A stretch of DNA of 64,000 nucleotides. Origin: an uncultured Arcobacter sp. (GTDB lineage Bacteria > Campylobacterota > Campylobacteria > Campylobacterales > Arcobacteraceae). Position 1 is the stretch's first letter. Every line of letters starts with the position of its first letter. This document shows, in pieces, positions 58,854 through 64,000 of the stretch. Both the position numbers and the translations under genes were made by a program. The stretch is from the NCBI GenBank assembly GCA_965140705.1, contig OZ223301.1:224001-288000 (forward strand), read 5' to 3'. The notes below the pieces were generated by a model. It was not told the origin of the DNA. It did no database searches and saw only the letters and a list, made by a program, of their open reading frames with translations.

Positions 58854-59880
58854 ATTTATCCGTGCCAATAAAACAAAATTTGGGGGAGCAGAAGTCTATC
58901 TTTCTCGACTTTCAGATGAATTAAATAAGTTAAATATTGCACATGATTTAATTCACTCTTCTATTCCAAAATTTTTGCCTTCATGGCTTAGAGTACTTTT
59001 ATTTAATGATGAGGTATGTAAAAATAAAAAAGATAATTTTTATTTTTCTTTGGAAAGAATCTCTTGTCCTGATATTTATCGTGCTGGAGATGGGGTACAT
59101 AAAGTATTTTTGCAAATTGAAAAGAAATCTAAATTTAATCCTTTACATATTGTTTATTTAACTCTAGAAAAAAAATGTTTTTCTAATGCAAAAAAAATCA
59201 TAGCAATTTCAAATATGGTGAAAAGTGATATAATAAATGCATATGACATAGAGCCAAATAAGATTGAAGTTGTCTATAATGGTTTTAAACTTAATAAAGC
59301 TAATTATAATAAGTCTTATGAAAATCTAAAGAAAGAGTTTGATTTAGAAAAACGAAAAAACGAAAAAGTATTTTTGTATGTAGGCAGTGGATATAAAAGG
59401 AAAGGTGTTAAAGAATTTTTAGTGATATTATCAAAATTAAGAAATACTAATTTTTTTGCTTTTATTATAGGGAAGGAGAAAAAGTTAAATTATTATAAAA
59501 ATTATGCTAAAGAATTAGGGCTAGAGGATAAAGTAATATTTACTGGTCCTAGAAGTGATGTTAAGGATTTTTACTCTATTTCAGATATATTTTTATTTCC
59601 AACAAAATATGAACCTTTTGGTAATGTAATTATTGAAGCAATGAATTATGAAAATGTTGTTATAACTACAAAATATTGCGGTGGAGGTGAAATAATCAAT
59701 CAAGAATATATAATGGAAACCCCTACAGATTATTCAATAATTGAAAAGATAGATAATCTTCTTGCAAATGAAGATAAAATATCTGAAATAAAAGCTCAAA
59801 ATTTAGAGATAGTAAAAAACTTCTCAATTGAAAAAAATGTTGAACAAACTTTGAAAGTGATAAATGAAGTTATTAATTGA
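58834..59880 (+). CDS. GT4 glycosyltransferase, WabG-like uronic acid transferase
   Basis: FGGAEVY, SLER, YRAGDGVH, GSGY.RKG and PTKYEPFGNVIIEAM motifs. Confidence 0.8.
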   Translation: MMLKKIKFIRANKTKFGGAEVYLSRLSDELNKLNIAHDLIHSSIPKFLPSWLRVLLFNDEVCKNKKDNFYFSLERISCPDIYRAGDGVHKVFLQIEKKSKFNPLHIVYLTLEKKCFSNAKKIIAISNMVKSDIINAYDIEPNKIEVVYNGFKLNKANYNKSYENLKKEFDLEKRKNEKVFLYVGSGYKRKGVKEFLVILSKLRNTNFFAFIIGKEKKLNYYKNYAKELGLEDKVIFTGPRSDVKDFYSISDIFLFPTKYEPFGNVIIEAMNYENVVITTKYCGGGEIINQEYIMETPTDYSIIEKIDNLLANEDKISEIKAQNLEIVKNFSIEKNVEQTLKVINEVIN

Positions 59881-60790
59881 AATACCAACTTGGCTTGGTG
59901 ATACTATTATGGCAACTCCTGCTATTGAAAATCTTTTAAATTATTATCCCAAGGCTAGTGTTACTATTTTGGGCTCTTTTGTTGCTACATCAGTTTTTAA
60001 AAACCATCCAAGAGTTAATAATATAGTTGTAGATGAAACAAAGAAGAAAAAAAATCGTTATGTGGCATTATATAAGTTATCAAAAGAGATTGGTAAGTTT
60101 GATATGTCTGTTAGTTTTCGAAGTTCTTTCTCTACAAAGTTATTTTTATTTTTTGTGGGTTCACCTAAAAGATTTAGATATAAAAAAATAAAAAAGCATA
60201 TGCATCAAGTTCTACGTTACAATGACTTTATAAATAAAGTTTTAAAGCAAAAAAATGAAGCAGGGGATTTAAAGCTTTATTATAAACCTTTTGAATATAA
60301 AAAACCAACTTTAGGAATAAATCCAGGTGCAACTTATGGAAGTGCAAAGAGATGGTATCCTGAAGAGTTTGCTAAGGTAGCTATAAATTTAGCTTCAAAA
60401 TATGACATAATCATTTTTGGTGGTTTAGGTGAAGTCGATATTGCTAATGACATAGCAGAGTCTTTAAAGAGTAGTGGAATATCAAATTATGAAAATTTAG
60501 CTGGTAAAACTACAGTTTCTGAATTGATAGAAAAGATTGCAGGATTGGATATTTTTGTTACAAATGATTCTGGACCTATGCATATTGCAGCAGCTTATAA
60601 AGTCCAAACATATAGTATCTTTGGACCTACAAAATATAAAGAGACTAATCAATGGAATAATCCAAATGAGCACATTATTACTAAAAACTTAGATTGTGCC
60701 CCTTGTATGAAAAGAGTGTGCCCCTTAGGTCATCATGATTGTATGAAGTTAATTAAAGCAGAAGATGTATTAAAGGTGATAAATGAATAA
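59864..60790 (+). CDS. waaF: LPS heptosyltransferase II
   Basis: PTWLGD.IMATP, NPGATYGSAKRW, NDSGPMH and C.PC.KR.CP..HH.CM motifs. Confidence 0.92.
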   Translation: MKLLIEIPTWLGDTIMATPAIENLLNYYPKASVTILGSFVATSVFKNHPRVNNIVVDETKKKKNRYVALYKLSKEIGKFDMSVSFRSSFSTKLFLFFVGSPKRFRYKKIKKHMHQVLRYNDFINKVLKQKNEAGDLKLYYKPFEYKKPTLGINPGATYGSAKRWYPEEFAKVAINLASKYDIIIFGGLGEVDIANDIAESLKSSGISNYENLAGKTTVSELIEKIAGLDIFVTNDSGPMHIAAAYKVQTYSIFGPTKYKETNQWNNPNEHIITKNLDCAPCMKRVCPLGHHDCMKLIKAEDVLKVINE

Positions 60791-61655
60791 AAAATTATCT
60801 ATTTATTATAAATTAAATAATGTACTTATTGAAAAACTTCTAAAAGATGAAAATGTAAGTTTATATAAAAAACAATCTATTTTCCAAAAGCTTGCTTTCA
60901 AGGCTAAAATTTATCCCGATGTCTATTTTCATAATGGTCCTTTAGATGAAGAAGCTATTGAGATGATTGAAAATGCCAAAAAAACGATAGCTAACTCTTA
61001 TACTATGAAAATAGAGATAATAAAAACTTGCAAGATTACAAATGATAAAGTAGAGGTTATTTATCCAACTATTACATCCACTTATCTTAAGCCAAAAGAT
61101 TCGAAAGAGATTCTTTCTCAAGAGTTTGAGTTTGATAAAAAGAATAAAATTATTCTTTTTCATTCTAAAAATCTTTTGAAAAATGGTGTTTTAGAATTCC
61201 TTGATATTTTGGCTTCTTTAAGTAGTGATAATTATACAGCAATAATTGCAGGGAGCAAAAATCAAATTTATTCATTGAAGTTTAAATTTACAAAGTACAA
61301 TTTAGATGATAAAGTTATATTTATAGAAGATTATAAAAATATTGATTTGTTATATAGTGCTGCTGATATTTTTATTTTACCAACTTATGTAAAAGCCTTT
61401 TCATCAAATGTTTTAAAAGCTATGTTTTTTAAAACAGCTGTTTTTGTAAGTGCAAATAGTGCCTCAAAAGAGGTTATTGATATATTTTCAACTATGGATT
61501 CTCCAAGGGATAGATCAATGCAGTTTAAAGTTGAAGCTTTATTGTTAAATAAAGATGAACTAAAGGGGATCAAAAAAGCCAATAAAGAGAGTTCTTCTGA
61601 GTTCTTATTTGACGTTCAATTTCGAAGATTAAAAGAGATAGTTTTCAATATTTAA
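60783..61655 (+). CDS. Degenerate GT4-like protein
   Basis: GT-B C-terminal fold motifs (LYSAADIFILPT), but the E-x7-E motif reads K-x7-K. Confidence 0.7.
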   Translation: MNKKLSIYYKLNNVLIEKLLKDENVSLYKKQSIFQKLAFKAKIYPDVYFHNGPLDEEAIEMIENAKKTIANSYTMKIEIIKTCKITNDKVEVIYPTITSTYLKPKDSKEILSQEFEFDKKNKIILFHSKNLLKNGVLEFLDILASLSSDNYTAIIAGSKNQIYSLKFKFTKYNLDDKVIFIEDYKNIDLLYSAADIFILPTYVKAFSSNVLKAMFFKTAVFVSANSASKEVIDIFSTMDSPRDRSMQFKVEALLLNKDELKGIKKANKESSSEFLFDVQFRRLKEIVFNI

Positions 61656-61715
61656 ATTAAACTTAAGATAAAAAAGATATAATTCGCAGATATTTTGAAA
61701 ATAGAAGGAAAAATA

Positions 61716-61904
61716 ATGTCAAGAAGATGTGCAATATCTGGAAAAGGACCTATGTCTGGAAACAACGTAAGTCATGCAAAAAACAGAACAAAAAGAAGAT
61801 TTTTACCTAACTTAAGAACTGTAAGAGTTACTTTAGATGATGGTACTACTCAAAAGATTAAAATATCGGCAAAAGAGCTAAGAACTCTTAAGAAAAACTC
61901 ATAA
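61716..61904 (+). CDS. rpmB: 50S ribosomal protein L28
   Basis: [37 protein letters not shown] before ATG 61716. Confidence 0.97.
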   Translation: MSRRCAISGKGPMSGNNVSHAKNRTKRRFLPNLRTVRVTLDDGTTQKIKISAKELRTLKKNS

Positions 61905-61930
61905 TAGAGGCACTATAATAAAGTGCTTCT

Positions 61931-63061
61931 ATGAGCATCTTTCATAAATTAAAGAAGTCCCTTGGCTGGGAACTTAGATCTTCTAAACCTGAATACGATC
62001 TCAACCCCCTAATATATTCACAACTAAAACCTTTTAGAGTACCATTAGTACTTGTACAACTATTAATGATGGTTGGAACAATTGGATATGTTCTAATTGA
62101 TGGTTTTCCTATTTTAGATGCTATTTATCAAACTGGTATTACATTTACTACAGTTGGTTTTGGAGAAGTTGCTCCTATTTCAGATGCAGGTAGATTTTTC
62201 ACCGTTACACTTATTATTATTGGGTTCGCCCTTTTTACACTTTCTATTGCTGTACTTATTGAGTCAATTGTAAAGGGTAATCTTATTGAATTATATAAGG
62301 AAAGAAACATGCTTTATAAAATTGCAAGACTTCGTAGACATTTTGTAATATTTCACCACAATGAATATACAATTCAATTAGCAAGACAATTTAGAGAAAA
62401 TCATGTACCTTTTGTAGTTGTTGATCCACGAGAAGATATGGAAGAGATAGCAAAAGAGTATCACTATCCATATTTTGTATGTGAAGAATCATTTACTGAA
62501 AAAGCATTTTTAAAATCTCATTTGTCGTCTGCAAAAGGTGTTATAACTTTGTCAAGAAATATTTCTGACAATATTACTTTGATTGCTTCTGTAAGACTTT
62601 ATGAAAAAGAGTTAGGACGAAATAAACCATTTTTAATTATCTCAAATGCTGAGACACAACACGATAAAGAGAGACTTAAAAAACTAGGGGCTGATAAAGT
62701 TGTTGCTTCTCCATCTTTGATGGCAAAAAGAGTTTCAGCAATGGCTGTGCGTCCTGATATGGAAAATGTGCTTGAAGAGTTTTTATATAAACCTGATACT
62801 CCAATTGATATGGAAGAGGTACTTGTAAAAGAAGATTCTTGGTTAGTATCTAGACAATTAAAAGATATTCATCTAAGGGATAGATATAAAGTTTCTGTAA
62901 TAGGAATTACAGAAAAAAGAGGAAGATTTATTCAAATGCCTAAGGGAACTATTATTATAGAAGGTAATTGTAAATTACTTTTAGTAGGGAATCAAAAAGG
63001 TATAGCAAAAGCTAAAATATTAGTCAATCAAAAATATATGCCAGAGGAGTGTACAAAATAA
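61931..63061 (+). CDS. Potassium channel protein with RCK domain
   Basis: TTVGFGE filter, two TM helices, and TrkA-N plus TrkA-C regions. Confidence 0.88.
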   Translation: MSIFHKLKKSLGWELRSSKPEYDLNPLIYSQLKPFRVPLVLVQLLMMVGTIGYVLIDGFPILDAIYQTGITFTTVGFGEVAPISDAGRFFTVTLIIIGFALFTLSIAVLIESIVKGNLIELYKERNMLYKIARLRRHFVIFHHNEYTIQLARQFRENHVPFVVVDPREDMEEIAKEYHYPYFVCEESFTEKAFLKSHLSSAKGVITLSRNISDNITLIASVRLYEKELGRNKPFLIISNAETQHDKERLKKLGADKVVASPSLMAKRVSAMAVRPDMENVLEEFLYKPDTPIDMEEVLVKEDSWLVSRQLKDIHLRDRYKVSVIGITEKRGRFIQMPKGTIIIEGNCKLLLVGNQKGIAKAKILVNQKYMPEECTK

Positions 63062-64000
63062 TGTTTTCAATTTTTCCAATAAAAGGTTTTATAGACCAAA
63101 TCGATGGTTTTTATTGTGATGGAGTTTCAGCTGGATTAAAACCAAACAACAAAAAAGATATTGGTTTTATTTATAGTGATACTTTATGTAATGTTGGAGC
63201 TATTCTTACTAACAATAAATTTCAAGCTGCACCTTTAAGACATTATAAAAGATATGAAGATGATTTTAAAACAAATTTTGTACTTATAAATTCAAAAAAT
63301 GCAAATGCACTTACGGGTGAAAAAGGTATTGAAGATATTAATACAATATTTTCTTCATTAAAATTTGATATTACAAACCCTATTATGAGTTCAACGGGAG
63401 TTATTGGAAATAGACTTCCTATACAAAAAATAGTTGCTGGTGCAAATACTTTTGATTTATCAAGTAAAAATGGTGAAAATCTTAGTCAGGCAATTATGAC
63501 AACAGATGCATATCCAAAAACTTGTTTATATGAAGTAAAACTTGAAGATGGAAGTAGTTTTAAAATAGGTGCCGTTGCAAAAGGTGCAGGTATGATTAAT
63601 CCTAATCTTGCAACTATGTTATGTTTTGTTTGTACAGATGCAAAAGTTTCAAAAAAAGATATTGAAGAGGCATTAAATGAAAATAAAGAGACAACTTTTG
63701 ATGCAATTTCAGTTGATGGAGATACTTCTACAAATGATACAGTTTTAGTATTAGCAAATGGAAAATCAAATGCTTATGATAAAGAGGCATTTAAAGAGGC
63801 TTTAAAACTTGTAATGCATGATATGGCTATGTTAATGGTTGCAGATGGAGAAGGTGCTAAAAAAGCTGTTGCTTTTGAAGTAATAAACGCAGTAACAAAA
63901 GAAGATGCAATGAAAGCTGCAAAAGCTTTATCAAACTCACTACTTGTAAAAACAGCACTATTTGGAGAAGATCCAAACTTTGGACGAATTGCCTCAACAA
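63061..64000 (+). CDS. argJ: Ornithine acetyltransferase/N-acetylglutamate synthase (partial, runs off the window)
   Basis: Read directly from ATG 63061: AGLK, FTNNKFQAAP, NANA, STGVIG, IMTTD, AKGAGMINPNLATML, DGDTSTND and DGEGA motifs. Confidence 0.95.
   Translation, partial: MFSIFPIKGFIDQIDGFYCDGVSAGLKPNNKKDIGFIYSDTLCNVGAILTNNKFQAAPLRHYKRYEDDFKTNFVLINSKNANALTGEKGIEDINTIFSSLKFDITNPIMSSTGVIGNRLPIQKIVAGANTFDLSSKNGENLSQAIMTTDAYPKTCLYEVKLEDGSSFKIGAVAKGAGMINPNLATMLCFVCTDAKVSKKDIEEALNENKETTFDAISVDGDTSTNDTVLVLANGKSNAYDKEAFKEALKLVMHDMAMLMVADGEGAKKAVAFEVINAVTKEDAMKAAKALSNSLLVKTALFGEDPNFGRIAST

Noticed and set aside
46748..61655. Phase-variable poly-G tracts in LPS genes as in Campylobacter
   Set aside because: No long G/C homopolymers. 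The A/T runs are expected at this base composition and the frames are intact.

Overview
AT-rich chromosomal window from a Campylobacterota bacterium, most likely Arcobacteraceae (inferred from gene content and order, not from a database search). In order: end of an FMN-binding glutamate-synthase-family gene, a small membrane protein, a K+ channel, kdsA-ribH-nusB-pyrF and a tRNA-Ser/Ile2/Gly cluster. Next is a degraded integrase-linked island (about 5.1-10.6 kb) carrying a secreted C2-domain-like protein with a membrane partner, a metallo-beta-lactamase-fold relic, and a TPR-membrane protein plus Vps4/katanin-like AAA ATPase pair bracketed by 25-bp direct repeats. Then follow a 2OG-Fe(II) oxygenase, TetR-EmrAB-OMF efflux, upp/uraA, HD-GYP, dmeF, NUDIX, IclR/PfpI and a TonB-receptor/YfiR-like/GGDEF-EAL/exonuclease operon. 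A DEAD-box helicase and a radical SAM gene are divergent and both seem to start at non-canonical ATC/ATT codons. A two-component system sits beside a TRAP transporter with duplicated DctP. The window ends with gltBD, ferredoxin, ppx, a large LPS core locus (six GT9 enzymes, AsnB-like amidotransferase, CstII-like GT42, WaaL, a probable pseudo-GT4), rpmB, a second K+ channel and partial argJ. The best candidates for an undescribed system are the island modules and the TonB-YfiR-c-di-GMP operon. All family calls come from motif recognition by eye.
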